A stretch of DNA of 64,000 bases from Capsulimonadaceae bacterium (GTDB lineage: Bacteria > Armatimonadota > Armatimonadia > Armatimonadales > Capsulimonadaceae), in assembly GCA_965215505.1 (NCBI GenBank), contig OZ244065.1:1184001-1248000 (forward strand), written 5' to 3'. Below, piece after piece: positions 49,880 to 59,523 of the stretch (positions within the stretch are counted from its first letter, which is position 1; every line of letters starts with the position of its first letter). The notes under the pieces were generated by a model. The model was not told the origin of the DNA and ran no database searches. It worked only from the letters and a program-made list of their open reading frames with translations. The position numbers and the translations under genes were made by a program.

Positions 49880-52098
49880 GGATCGTCCCTGCCGCCCTCC
49901 TGGGCCTCGCGCTGCTGCTGGCCCCCGTCTACGCGGCCATTCCTGACAATCCCCTCCCCGTCTGGGAGTCCTGGCTTTCGGCGGGCATCTTCGCGGCGGC
50001 CCTGGCCGCCCTCGTCGCCGTCTGGCGCGGGGATCGGGCGTTTCAGACGCCTTCCAGCCGTGCCGAGCGAGCGTTTCTGATCCTGCTAGGACTGGCTTTC
50101 CTCTCCATCCCCGCCCGCCTGGTCGTTCAGCACGGCACGGGGTTTTTCGGCGTGATGCTGCACGGCTGGGCGACCCTGGCGGCCTATGGGGCGGCGTTCG
50201 CCCTGGCACGGCGCGTCGCCCGTGATAGGGCCGCGCTGTACGGACTGGCCCTGGCCGCCGTGCTGGCCTCGGGGTATGTCGCCGAGCAGGGGGTTCTGGA
50301 GGACCTGCCGTTCCTGCTGAAACACCAGACGACCTGGCGCGTGTTCTCAACCTCCACCCCCGACTACCTGGCGGGCTACCTGGTCATGCTGCTGCCCGTG
50401 ACACTGGCCCTGTTCCTCCAGGTGCCTGGGATGCGCGCCGTCATGCCCCTGGCGCGCAATGCGGCGACGGCACTGCTCGGGCTGATGCTGCTGCTCCAGC
50501 TTGCCACACTGGTCGCGACCGGCTCCCGGTTCGCACTCGTCTCACTGGCTGTCGCCCTTGTCGTCTTCGAGACGGCGTTGTGGCGGGCGCGGCGGCACGG
50601 CCAGACTTTGGACCGGACGACACGCGGGCTGCGGGTCGCGCTGGGGGTCGGGCTGCTGCTGGCGGCCCTGGTCTTCGCGCGGCCGGTCTTCCTGCGCCTG
50701 ACCAATCCCGACCCAAATTCGGGCGCGTTCCGGGCCTGGACCTGGAAAGGGGCGGTCCACATGGCCGCCGCGAACCCCGTGCTTGGAACGGGCATCGGGA
50801 CCTGGGAGGAACAGTACCCGCGCTACGCCCTGACTGGGTTCACGCGGGCCGCCCACCAGTCGTACCTGCAACTGGCCGACGAGTGCGGCGTCCCCGCCCT
50901 GCTGGCGCTGCTGGCGACATTGGGCCTGCTCGGCTCCTCGCTGGTACGCGGGCTGGTCATTGCCCCTGCCGAAGCGCCGACGCCGGAACCCGTGCCGGTG
51001 CCGCAGGGGCGGGGGCCGAAGCGCCAAGCCCCTGCGGTCGCCGCCGCACCTGCGACGACCGACGCCTTGCCGGCAGACCACCGGCTGCTGCTCTGCGGCC
51101 TGCTGGCGGCCCTGGCAGGGGGCGTCGTCCAGAACCTCAGTGACTCAGACTGGTACGTCTTCTTCCTGGGCTTCACCTTCTGGGCGCTGGCCGGCCTTGC
51201 CGCCGGGATCGTCGCGCCAGCCGCCGCCGAAGGGAAAGACGGAAAGCCGGCAAGGCCGCTCCTGTTCGCCTCCGGCCTCGTCGCCGCCGCACTCGCCGCG
51301 CTGGCCGCGACGCAGGCGGTCGGGGCGATGTATGCGGGGCGGGCGCTGGAAATGGCGGCGGCCGACCCGCAGGGCGCGGCAGGCATTTACGACGCGGCGC
51401 GGGCTTGGGACCCGCTGAACGCGCGCTACGCGAGCGACGAGGGGTACAAGATCTTTTTCGCCCGGCTGGGCCGGTTGACCGAGGCGGAGGCGTCGGCCCG
51501 CGCCGCCGTCGCCCTCGCGCCGGACTCGGTCAACTACCGGCGGCTCGGGAAGATTTTGCAGCAGTTCGGCCGGCAGGCGGAGGCGCAGGCGGCTTACGAG
51601 GCCGGTCTGCGCGCCGACCCCAACTCGCTTGACCTGCTGCTGGACATGGCCCAACTCAGCCCGCCTCCCGCCTCGCTGGGTTACTACCGCCGCCTCTCCG
51701 ACCTGGAGATGACGCCGGTCGGGACGGTCCGCGCCCTGGGCGAATACACGGAAACCAAGTTCGCCTACGGGGACACGGTCATGGGGGATGAGGCCGCCAA
51801 GACCGATCCGGCGCGGGCGGCAGGGTACTACGCGCGGGCCGCGCACGTCCTGGAACAGTACGCCGACGGCGGGGGCAGCCAGAACATCCAGCAGGAAGCC
51901 CAGCACGGCAACAAGGCGGACGCGCATCAGGATGCGGACATGCGCGGGCTGTACCAGCACGTCCTCCCCGCCTGGATCGCCGCCGCGCCGCCGGACCAGA
52001 GGGCCGCGCTGAGGCGGCGTCAGGAGAAATACGGGCGGATTTATGACGCCCTGATCGCTCAGTCGTCCGATCAGCAGCCCAAATCGGGTACACTGTAG
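49876..52098 (+). CDS. O-antigen ligase-family membrane protein with TPR tail
   Basis: TGSR, NPVLGTGIG and AHQSYLQ motifs; C-terminal TPR-like helices. Confidence 0.8.
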   Translation: MRIVPAALLGLALLLAPVYAAIPDNPLPVWESWLSAGIFAAALAALVAVWRGDRAFQTPSSRAERAFLILLGLAFLSIPARLVVQHGTGFFGVMLHGWATLAAYGAAFALARRVARDRAALYGLALAAVLASGYVAEQGVLEDLPFLLKHQTTWRVFSTSTPDYLAGYLVMLLPVTLALFLQVPGMRAVMPLARNAATALLGLMLLLQLATLVATGSRFALVSLAVALVVFETALWRARRHGQTLDRTTRGLRVALGVGLLLAALVFARPVFLRLTNPDPNSGAFRAWTWKGAVHMAAANPVLGTGIGTWEEQYPRYALTGFTRAAHQSYLQLADECGVPALLALLATLGLLGSSLVRGLVIAPAEAPTPEPVPVPQGRGPKRQAPAVAAAPATTDALPADHRLLLCGLLAALAGGVVQNLSDSDWYVFFLGFTFWALAGLAAGIVAPAAAEGKDGKPARPLLFASGLVAAALAALAATQAVGAMYAGRALEMAAADPQGAAGIYDAARAWDPLNARYASDEGYKIFFARLGRLTEAEASARAAVALAPDSVNYRRLGKILQQFGRQAEAQAAYEAGLRADPNSLDLLLDMAQLSPPPASLGYYRRLSDLEMTPVGTVRALGEYTETKFAYGDTVMGDEAAKTDPARAAGYYARAAHVLEQYADGGGSQNIQQEAQHGNKADAHQDADMRGLYQHVLPAWIAAAPPDQRAALRRRQEKYGRIYDALIAQSSDQQPKSGTL

Positions 52099-52127
52099 AG
52101 CAGATTTCTCAGGAGACACTACCCGTT

Positions 52128-52802
52128 ATGAACATCACCGCCACCAAGCGCGGCCCGCAGAGCAAGGGCGAGCGCAAGAAACGCATGCGCCAGGGCTTCA
52201 TCCCCGGCGCGATCTACGGCAAGGGGCTAACGCCGGTCAACGTCGAGGTCAACACCAAGTCCATCGCGGACGTGCTGACCGCAGAGACGGGCCTGAACAC
52301 CGTCATTGACCTGACGGTTGAGGGCGACACCGCGCCGCATTCGGTCCTGGTGGACAACCTGGAGCGGAACCCGATCACGCGCGCCTTCGTGTCCGTCGGC
52401 TTCCACCAGGTCAAGAAGGGCGACAAGGTCACCGCCCAGATCCCCATCCAACTCATCGGCGAGCCGCCCACGGTCGCGACGGGCGAGGCGGTCCTGGAAC
52501 AGACTCTGGAGGCCATCACGGTCCACGCCGAGCCGGGCAACCTGCCCGCCCACCTGGACGTGGACGTCGCGCACCTCAGCCCCGGCGACGTGCTGCACGT
52601 CTCCGACCTGCCGCACAACCCCCTGCTCGAGTTCACCTCGGGCGAGGAGACGGCCATCGCCGCCCTGCACTACTCGCGCACGGCCCAGGCCGTCGAGGAG
52701 GCCGACGTGGCGGCGGCTGAGGCCGAGCCTGCCGGCTTGGACGCCGTGACCGAGCTGCGCGCCGATGCGGATGCCGGTTCGGACTCGGTGACGGGGGTTT
52801 AG
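52128..52802 (+). CDS. rplY: 50S ribosomal protein L25/Ctc
   Basis: R.QGFIPGAIYG motif, C-terminal beta domain and acidic tail. Confidence 0.88.
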   Translation: MNITATKRGPQSKGERKKRMRQGFIPGAIYGKGLTPVNVEVNTKSIADVLTAETGLNTVIDLTVEGDTAPHSVLVDNLERNPITRAFVSVGFHQVKKGDKVTAQIPIQLIGEPPTVATGEAVLEQTLEAITVHAEPGNLPAHLDVDVAHLSPGDVLHVSDLPHNPLLEFTSGEETAIAALHYSRTAQAVEEADVAAAEAEPAGLDAVTELRADADAGSDSVTGV

Positions 52803-52874
52803 CCTCCGGCGCGCGTGACCGGCACTTCCAGCACTGGAAGTGCCGGTTTTCTTTTGACCTGGTACAATCACCCC

Positions 52875-54026
52875 ATGACCGAGCGCATCTATCTCGACCA
52901 CGCCGCTACTACCCCGCTGCGGCCCGAAGTGAGGGCAGCGATGGAGCCGTACCTGGCCGCAGACGGCTTCGGCAACCCGAGCAGCCTGCACGCGGACGGG
53001 CAGCGCGCCAAGCGCGCCCTGGACGCCGCCCGCGACACGGTGGCGCAGGCGTTGGGCGGGCAGTTCTCCGAAATCACTTTCACCAGCGGCGGGACCGAGG
53101 CGGACAACGCCGCCCTGGTCGGCGTCCTGCTGGCGCGCGGGCCTGGCAGCCATCTGGTCACGGCGCGGGCCGAGCATGAGGCCATCGGGGAGACGGCCCG
53201 TTTCCTGGAAAAGCTCGGCTTCGGCGTCACGTTCGTGCCGGTGGATGAGTTCGGCCACATCTCGCCGCCCGACATCGCAGACGCCATAACCGACCAGACG
53301 GCGCTGGTTTCGGTCATGCACGCAAACAACGAGGTCGGCACGGTCCAGCCCGTGCGTGAGATCGCGGACATCGCCCACGCGCGCGGCGCGTATCTCCACA
53401 CGGACGCCGTGCAGACGTTCGGCCAGTTGCCCGTGAACGTCGGCGATCTGGGCGCGGATCTTATGACCGTCTCCGCCCACAAGATCTACGGGCCGAAGGG
53501 CGCGGGCGCGCTGTATGTCCGCTCCGGCGTCCCTATCGAGCCGCTGCTGCACGGCGGGGGCCAGGAGCGCGAGAGGAGGGCGGGCACGGAGAACGTGCCG
53601 GCCATCGTCGGCTTCGGCGAGGCCGTGCGCCTGATGCTCCCCGAGCGCGATGCCGAAGCCGCGCGCCTGACGGGGCTGCGTGACCTGCTTTTGGACGCCC
53701 TGCGCCGGCGTCTCCCCGGCGTCCTCCTGAACGGCCACCCGACCGAACGGCTGCCGAACAACCTCAACGTCTCGTTCCCCGGCCTGGATGCCGAGACCCT
53801 GCTGCTGGCCCTGGACCGGGCGGGCATTTCGGCCTCTTCCGGGTCTGCCTGCACGTCCGGCAGCATCGAGCCGAGCCACGTCCTCACGGCGATGGGGCTG
53901 GCCGACGACCGGGTGCGGAGCGCCGTCCGCCTGACCCTGGGGCGCGGCACGACGCGGGAACAGATGGACCGTACCGTAGACATCCTGGCGGGCATCGTCG
54001 CCCGCCTGCGGCCCGAGCCGCGCTGA
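52875..54026 (+). CDS. iscS: Cysteine desulfurase
   Basis: YLDHAATT, GNPSS, SAHKIYGPKG and SSGSAC motifs. Confidence 0.92.
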   Translation: MTERIYLDHAATTPLRPEVRAAMEPYLAADGFGNPSSLHADGQRAKRALDAARDTVAQALGGQFSEITFTSGGTEADNAALVGVLLARGPGSHLVTARAEHEAIGETARFLEKLGFGVTFVPVDEFGHISPPDIADAITDQTALVSVMHANNEVGTVQPVREIADIAHARGAYLHTDAVQTFGQLPVNVGDLGADLMTVSAHKIYGPKGAGALYVRSGVPIEPLLHGGGQERERRAGTENVPAIVGFGEAVRLMLPERDAEAARLTGLRDLLLDALRRRLPGVLLNGHPTERLPNNLNVSFPGLDAETLLLALDRAGISASSGSACTSGSIEPSHVLTAMGLADDRVRSAVRLTLGRGTTREQMDRTVDILAGIVARLRPEPR

Positions 54027-54039
54027 GGCACCGACCGCC

Positions 54040-55035
54040 ATGAACATTCTAGTCAATCTTCCTCCCGGCTTCTTCTCACTCCCCGCTCTGGTGCCTGCTT
54101 TTGAACGTCTGGCGGCGCTGGGGGAGGTGCGGCGGACATCCCACGATACGGCGGAGCCGTTCGGGCCGGACCTGGCCTGGGCGGATGCCGTCTTGATATG
54201 GGCCTGGCCGGTCTACACGGAAGCGATGCTGGAAGCCGCGCCGAGGCTTGTGTTCTCGGGGAACCTCGACATCACCCAGGCCGGGGCGCGGGCGGCCTTG
54301 GCGCGGGGGCTGCCGGTTTCGGTTTCGCGGGGCGGGTTTTCTCCGACCGTGGCCGAGTTCGCTCTGACGCTGATCCTCACCACGCTGCGCCGGGCGACCG
54401 CCCACCAGGAGGCCATGCGGGCGGGGGACGACGTCTGGATACGCAGCTTCCCGACCGGGATTGACCCATGCGAGCGGGAGCTGACCGGGCGCAGCGTCGG
54501 CATCGTCGGGCTGGGACAAATCGGGCGGCGGCTGGCCGAACTGCTGCGCCCCTTCCGGTGCGACCTGCGCGTCGTGGACCCGTTTGTCACGGATGAAGTC
54601 CTGGCCGCGCACGACGCCCGCCGGGCCGGCCTCGAAGAGATGCTGCGGGCCTCGGACGTCGTCGTCCTCTGCGCCGCCTCCAATGCGGGCACCCGGCACC
54701 TGCTGGGTGCCCGCGAGATCGGGATGCTCCGGCCCGACGCCGTCCTGGTCAATGTCGCGCGCGCGGCCCTGGTGGATACCCCAGCCCTGACGGAGCGCCT
54801 CCAGCGCGGGGACCTGTTCGCCGCCCTGGATGTGTTCGACCGGGAGCCGCTGGAAAAGGACTCGCCCCTGCGGGCCATGCCGAATGTTTTCCTGACGCCG
54901 CACCGGGCGGGCGTCACGGTCGCCGCCGCGCGGCGCATCTTCGAGTGGCTTGTGGACGACCTGGAAGCGGTGGTGGGGGGCCGCGAGCGCCGTCACCCAC
55001 TGACGGAGGCCATGCTGCCGAGCCTCGACGCCTGA
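54040..55035 (+). CDS. D-isomer-specific 2-hydroxyacid dehydrogenase
   Basis: GLGQIG, VNVAR, LDVF..EP and TPH motifs. Confidence 0.85.
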   Translation: MNILVNLPPGFFSLPALVPAFERLAALGEVRRTSHDTAEPFGPDLAWADAVLIWAWPVYTEAMLEAAPRLVFSGNLDITQAGARAALARGLPVSVSRGGFSPTVAEFALTLILTTLRRATAHQEAMRAGDDVWIRSFPTGIDPCERELTGRSVGIVGLGQIGRRLAELLRPFRCDLRVVDPFVTDEVLAAHDARRAGLEEMLRASDVVVLCAASNAGTRHLLGAREIGMLRPDAVLVNVARAALVDTPALTERLQRGDLFAALDVFDREPLEKDSPLRAMPNVFLTPHRAGVTVAAARRIFEWLVDDLEAVVGGRERRHPLTEAMLPSLDA

Positions 55036-55057
55036 GCCTGCTCTGATCCTGGAGACA

Positions 55058-55092
55058 CAAAAACGCCCCGGCAGGGTCCTGCCGGGGCGTTC
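55058..55092. terminator. Intrinsic terminator, U-tract on the minus strand
   Basis: AAAAACGCCCCGGCAGG-GT-CCTGCCGGGGCGTT. Confidence 0.8.
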
Positions 55093-55099
55093 ACATCGT

Positions 55100-55657
55100 C
55101 TAAGCCGTCGCCGCGTAGTTGTCCGACCCGCCCACGTCGTGGAAGACGGGCAGGTAGTCGCGCCAGACCTCGTTCTTGGTGCCGTTGATGTACTTGGTCA
55201 GGCTGATGTACGGCACATAGCGCGGGCGGCGCGGCGGGCGGGCCAGTTTCATGCCGCAGTGGGACAGCAGCTTGTCGCCCTTGCGGGCGTTGCACCGGCG
55301 GCAGCAGGCGACCAGATTGTCCCAGTGCATCCCGCCGCCCACCTTCTTGGGAAGGATGTGGTCGATGGTGAGGTCACGGGTCTGGACGCCGCAGTACTGG
55401 CAGGTGTAGTTGTCGCGCGCGAAGATGGACCGGCGCGACAGCTTCAACTCCGGCAGGGGCCGCTTGACGTGGTAGCGCAGGCGCAGGACGGACGGCGCGG
55501 CGAAGGTTTCGCCCTCGCCGGTGGTCAGGCGGGGCGCGGCGTCGTGCGCGTGCAGGACGTCGGCTTTGCCCAGGTACAGCAGCACGACGGCCCGGCGCAG
55601 GTTGCACACGTTCAGCGGCTCATAGTCGCTGTTCAGAATAAGTACCTCATGGCTCAT
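55100..55657 (-). CDS. HNH endonuclease (McrA-like, conserved VL.LN..YEPL family)
   Basis: RDNYTCQYCG, TIDHILP and NLVACCRRCNARK motifs. Confidence 0.9.
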   Translation of the reverse strand: MSHEVLILNSDYEPLNVCNLRRAVVLLYLGKADVLHAHDAAPRLTTGEGETFAAPSVLRLRYHVKRPLPELKLSRRSIFARDNYTCQYCGVQTRDLTIDHILPKKVGGGMHWDNLVACCRRCNARKGDKLLSHCGMKLARPPRRPRYVPYISLTKYINGTKNEVWRDYLPVFHDVGGSDNYAATA

Positions 55658-55740
55658 AGTGATGGTCGTCCAATCCTTTCCCGTATTTCCCGTCTAGTCT
55701 TTCCCGTCAGGTGTCCGTCAAGTCTTCGGCCTAGGAAACA

Positions 55741-55794
55741 AAAAAACCCGCCTCGACCTTGCCGTCAGGAAGACGGCGCGGGTCGCAAGCGGGT
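55741..55794 (-). terminator. Leader terminator upstream of the HNH gene
   Basis: Long hairpin ACCCGC..CGACC..GCCGTC/GACGGC..GGTCG..GCGGGT followed by TTTTTGTTT. Confidence 0.8.
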
Positions 55795-55893
55795 GGTTGG
55801 CGCGTAACAGTGGTGTTGCCACACATGCACGAGGCGCGCATGGGTGTGGCGGTGCGCGTGGGCATGGTACAGCGCGTGCCGGTGCCGCGGCAT
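55765..55893 (-). CDS. Putative His-rich leader peptide (42 aa)
   Basis: MPRHRHALYHAHAHRHTHARLVHVWQHHCYAPTTRLRPAPSS; its TGA lies at the apex of the terminator hairpin. Confidence 0.5.
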   Translation of the reverse strand: MPRHRHALYHAHAHRHTHARLVHVWQHHCYAPTTRLRPAPSS

Positions 55894-55986
55894 CCCCCTT
55901 CCCGCTTCCTCCCGCTCGTGCGGGCTTTGAATGTCACTCCAAGGTCGGTTCATAGGATGTGGCGCGCGTTCAAGACTTCTGCGATG

Positions 55987-56016
55987 ATTGTAGCAAGTTT
56001 CGGGCGGCTTTGTCAA
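55987..56016 (-). promoter_or_regulatory. Sigma70 promoter for the leader and HNH gene
   Basis: TTGACA-18 nt-TACAAT with extended -10 TG. Confidence 0.75.
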
Positions 56017-56067
56017 CAAGGAGGAAGGAATTTTTGAGGAGGCAAGGCCGGGTACAATAAAGATACC

Positions 56068-57831
56068 ATGATATTTGATTCGCTGCTCCTGGCCGCCGTG
56101 CGGGACGAACTCGGGAAGGCCCTCGTCGGCGGCAAAGTTGATAAGATCGCCCAGCCGGACCCGCTGGAAGTCGTCCTACGGGTTTACCACGCGGGGCACA
56201 AACATGACCTGATGCTCTCGTGCGACCCGCAGGAGGCGCGCATCCACCTGACCCACCTGCGGCGCGAGAACCCGCCCACCCCGCCGCCCTTCTGCGCGGT
56301 CCTGCGGCGGTATCTGGATGGGGCCTGGCTGGACGACGTTTCCATGCCGCTCGGCTTCGGCGAGCGGGTCCTGCACCTGCACTTCAAGGCCGTGGACGGG
56401 GCACCCTATACCCTGATCGCCGAGATCATGGGGAAGCATTCCAACCTTATTCTTGTGACCGGGGCGGGAACGATCCTGGGCGCGGCCAAGCCGGTCGGGC
56501 GCAGCATCAACCGCTTCCGGCAGATACTCCCCGGCCTGCCCTATGTCGCGCCGCCCCGGCAGCGCGGCAAGCGCGACCCACTGGCCCCGCTCGACCCCGA
56601 AACCGCCCCGCTGGAGGACGACGAGGCGCTGTCGCCGGAGGAGGCCAAGGAGTGGCTGATGGCCCACTGGTCGGGGGTCAGCCCGCTGCTGGCCCAGGAA
56701 ACCATCCTGCGCGCCCGGCGGGGCCTGCTGACGCCGCAGTCCCTCAGCCACGCCTTGACCCTGCTGCTGACGGTGGTGCGGGTGGGCGACTGGATGCCGC
56801 GCGTCTGGACCGACGAGGCGGGCGTGACCCTGGGGGCCTATCCCATCCCGCTCCTCTCGGTCCCGCCAAGCCAGCAGCACCTGCGCGAGTCGGTCAGCGT
56901 CGCCCTGGACCATGCCTCGGGGTCCATCATCCGCCGGGACACGTTCGACCGGGCCAAAGAGTCGCTGCTGTCGGCGCTGCTGCGGACTCGGAAGCTGAAG
57001 GAGCGGGAGGCGGAGGAGTTCCAGAAGGGCTTGCAGAACGCGGGCCGGGCCGAGGAGTACCGGCAGACGGGGGACCTGCTGCTGACCAACCAGGCACAGA
57101 TCCAGCGCGGCCAGTCGCTGGTCTCGGTGCCGGACTACTACGCCCCGCCGCTGCCGGACGGCGAGCCGACGATGCGGTTCATCGTGCTCGACCCGACCCT
57201 GCCGATCCACGAGAACGCCGAGCGGTTCTACAAACGCAGCCGCAAGGCCGAAACGAGCGCGATGACTCTGCGCGAGCGGCGGGCACAGGCCCTGGAAGAG
57301 GCGGCCCTGATCTCCCAGGCCGAGCGGGAGGCGTCGCGGGCCACGACGCCCGAGGAGATCGCCGCCATCCGCACCAGCATGGCCGAGTCGCTGGCCCACG
57401 GCCCGCAGCCGACGGGGCCGGCCGCGACGGGTTCGCGCCCCGCCCTGCCGGAGTTCGAGGGCCACAAGATCAAGCGCACGCACACGGTGGACGGCTGGGA
57501 GATACTGGTGGGCGAGAACGCGACTTCTAACGACTACTTGACCACGAAGATCGCCGTGTCCTCAGACATCTGGCTGCACGTCCGGGCCGCCGCCTCGGCC
57601 CACGGGGTCATCCGCGCCCAGAACCGCCCCGCCGCCGTCTCCCCCGCCGCCTTGCAGCAGGCCGCCGAGATGGTCGCCGCCCGCAGCGAGTCCAAGCACT
57701 CGTCGCTGATTCCGGTGGATTACACGCTGAAGAAGTACGTCCGCAAGCCCCGCAAGAGCGCGCCGGGCGCGGTGACATATCAGAACGAGAAGACGCTGTT
57801 CGTCGCGGGCATCCACGGCGAGAGCGCGTAG
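56068..57831 (+). CDS. rqcH: NFACT/RqcH ribosome quality control factor
   Basis: PPPFCAVLRRYL, IAEIMGKHSNLIL, ENAERFYK, DIWLHV and VDYT motifs. Confidence 0.9.
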   Translation: MIFDSLLLAAVRDELGKALVGGKVDKIAQPDPLEVVLRVYHAGHKHDLMLSCDPQEARIHLTHLRRENPPTPPPFCAVLRRYLDGAWLDDVSMPLGFGERVLHLHFKAVDGAPYTLIAEIMGKHSNLILVTGAGTILGAAKPVGRSINRFRQILPGLPYVAPPRQRGKRDPLAPLDPETAPLEDDEALSPEEAKEWLMAHWSGVSPLLAQETILRARRGLLTPQSLSHALTLLLTVVRVGDWMPRVWTDEAGVTLGAYPIPLLSVPPSQQHLRESVSVALDHASGSIIRRDTFDRAKESLLSALLRTRKLKEREAEEFQKGLQNAGRAEEYRQTGDLLLTNQAQIQRGQSLVSVPDYYAPPLPDGEPTMRFIVLDPTLPIHENAERFYKRSRKAETSAMTLRERRAQALEEAALISQAEREASRATTPEEIAAIRTSMAESLAHGPQPTGPAATGSRPALPEFEGHKIKRTHTVDGWEILVGENATSNDYLTTKIAVSSDIWLHVRAAASAHGVIRAQNRPAAVSPAALQQAAEMVAARSESKHSSLIPVDYTLKKYVRKPRKSAPGAVTYQNEKTLFVAGIHGESA

Positions 57832-57860
57832 TCGGTCGGGAAGGGTGTCCCGCGTCTGTG

Positions 57861-58946
57861 TCAGCCCGAGTACCCGTAGGCACCGCGGGCGTCTTTCCAT
57901 ACTTTTGACCGGCGCACGACGCGGCCCGCCGCGTCGCGGTAGGTCAGCAGCAGCGTGCCGACCGCGTCCAGCCGGCCATCCTGGGATTTGTAGTCGACGG
58001 GCCAGGGGACGTCCGGCGGCAGGGTGCCGAAGAGGGTCGTGTGGTGGACCGTGAGGGCATCCACGGCCCGCGTCCCCAGCGTCCGGCCCTGGGCGTCGGC
58101 GACGGTCACGGTTTCGGAAGCGCCTTCCACGTTGACGCGCAGGCTCTCGTCCGGCCCGCTCTGATCCCCGCCCGCTCTTTCGACGACGAGCGAGCGCTCG
58201 TCGCGGAGGACGATCAGCGGGGAGGGGGGCAGGTGGCCGCTCCAGAGCAAGGCCCCGGCGCTGACGCGGAAGACTCCGCCCGCCCCCTGGACCTGGACGC
58301 TGGGCGTCGTGATGGACACCTGATCGCCCTGGATGCGGGAGTCCTGGCTGCCGAACCGGGTGGGCGGGAGGTGTCCCGCCCAGAGGAGTACCCCGCCTTT
58401 GCCGGTCAGCCGCGCGCGCCCATCCCTGGTCTTGTCGAAGAGCAAGTCGGGCTTGGCGACGTCCGCGACGTCGGACCAGAGCACCCGATACCCGCCGTTT
58501 CTCAGGATGTGGACGCCGGCCTTTGTCTCCTGGATGAAGGCGGTGAGGGCGACCGGTGCAGTCCAGACGACCGCTTCCGGACCCTTCACAGCGCCCACAT
58601 CGCCGTTCTTCCCCTGGTCCGTGATCGTCAGGACTTTGTCACGGTATGCCACCCGCAGCCTCGGGACGAAGGCCGGAGGGCCGGAGAACTCTACCGGCTG
58701 GAAGTGGAGGTCTTTCAGGGCGGCGTTCCCGGTTGGCGTGGGGGCGCTGGAGAACTGCGGCTCGGCCGGGGCGCTTTCGCGGTGCCTCAGAAACGACGGG
58801 GGCCATGCCAGAGGGTGCGGGTGCCCGCCGAGGAGGAGCAGGCCCCCCGCCAAGGGCAGCAGGGCGAGGCAGGCAAACCCCCATAGGGGCCGCTTGCGCC
58901 GGGGCAAGTTAGACCGGGACGGGAGGGGCGGCGGGGGCGGTTCCAT
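57861..58946 (-). CDS. Hypothetical membrane-anchored protein
   Basis: Long ORF with N-terminal hydrophobic segment. Confidence 0.55.
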   Translation of the reverse strand: MEPPPPPLPSRSNLPRRKRPLWGFACLALLPLAGGLLLLGGHPHPLAWPPSFLRHRESAPAEPQFSSAPTPTGNAALKDLHFQPVEFSGPPAFVPRLRVAYRDKVLTITDQGKNGDVGAVKGPEAVVWTAPVALTAFIQETKAGVHILRNGGYRVLWSDVADVAKPDLLFDKTRDGRARLTGKGGVLLWAGHLPPTRFGSQDSRIQGDQVSITTPSVQVQGAGGVFRVSAGALLWSGHLPPSPLIVLRDERSLVVERAGGDQSGPDESLRVNVEGASETVTVADAQGRTLGTRAVDALTVHHTTLFGTLPPDVPWPVDYKSQDGRLDAVGTLLLTYRDAAGRVVRRSKVWKDARGAYGYSG

Positions 58947-58956
58947 GGCTGGCGGT

Positions 58957-59523
58957 TCAATCCTCTCTCGGGGACGGCGCGTGGAGGCTCAGGAAGGTCG
59001 GCGGGACGGCGTCGGTCAGCCAGACGCCGTTGTCCGAGCGGTAGAAGAGGCGGCCGGCCTGGGACATGGCCGATGCATCCACGGCGAAGATCACCGGCCG
59101 CCCGTGGCGCGCACCGACGGCCCGCGCGGTCCCCACGTCGGCGGAGAGGTGAACGTGGTGGCGGCGCATCTTGTCCAGGCCGGTGCGGGCGATGACGTCG
59201 GCGGTCTGGTGCCCGGTGCCGTGGTAGAGGATATTAGGGGGCGTGGCCGGTTCGAGCTGCAAGTCTACGTCAACGCTGTGGCCCTGGTTGGCGCGGAGGA
59301 GCGTTCCCGTGGAGTCGAAGGAGAACCGCTGCTTGCTGTTTTGGGCGACGACCTCCTCCAGCTCGGCCCGCGACAGACCAAACCGGTGGCGGGCGCAGGC
59401 GGCCAGCAGGTCGTCCACCCCGACCCAGCCGCCCGGCGCGAGTGTCAGGCCGAGGCCCTCAGGGTCGTGCCGGAGGTGCTTGCTCAGGAACTTGCTGATG
59501 CGGACCAGCCGCGTCTCGTTCAT
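58957..59523 (-). CDS. kptA: RNA 2'-phosphotransferase (Tpt1/KptA)
   Basis: SKFLS.HLRH, RANQGHS, LYHGT and HVHLS motifs. Confidence 0.92.
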   Translation of the reverse strand: MNETRLVRISKFLSKHLRHDPEGLGLTLAPGGWVGVDDLLAACARHRFGLSRAELEEVVAQNSKQRFSFDSTGTLLRANQGHSVDVDLQLEPATPPNILYHGTGHQTADVIARTGLDKMRRHHVHLSADVGTARAVGARHGRPVIFAVDASAMSQAGRLFYRSDNGVWLTDAVPPTFLSLHAPSPRED

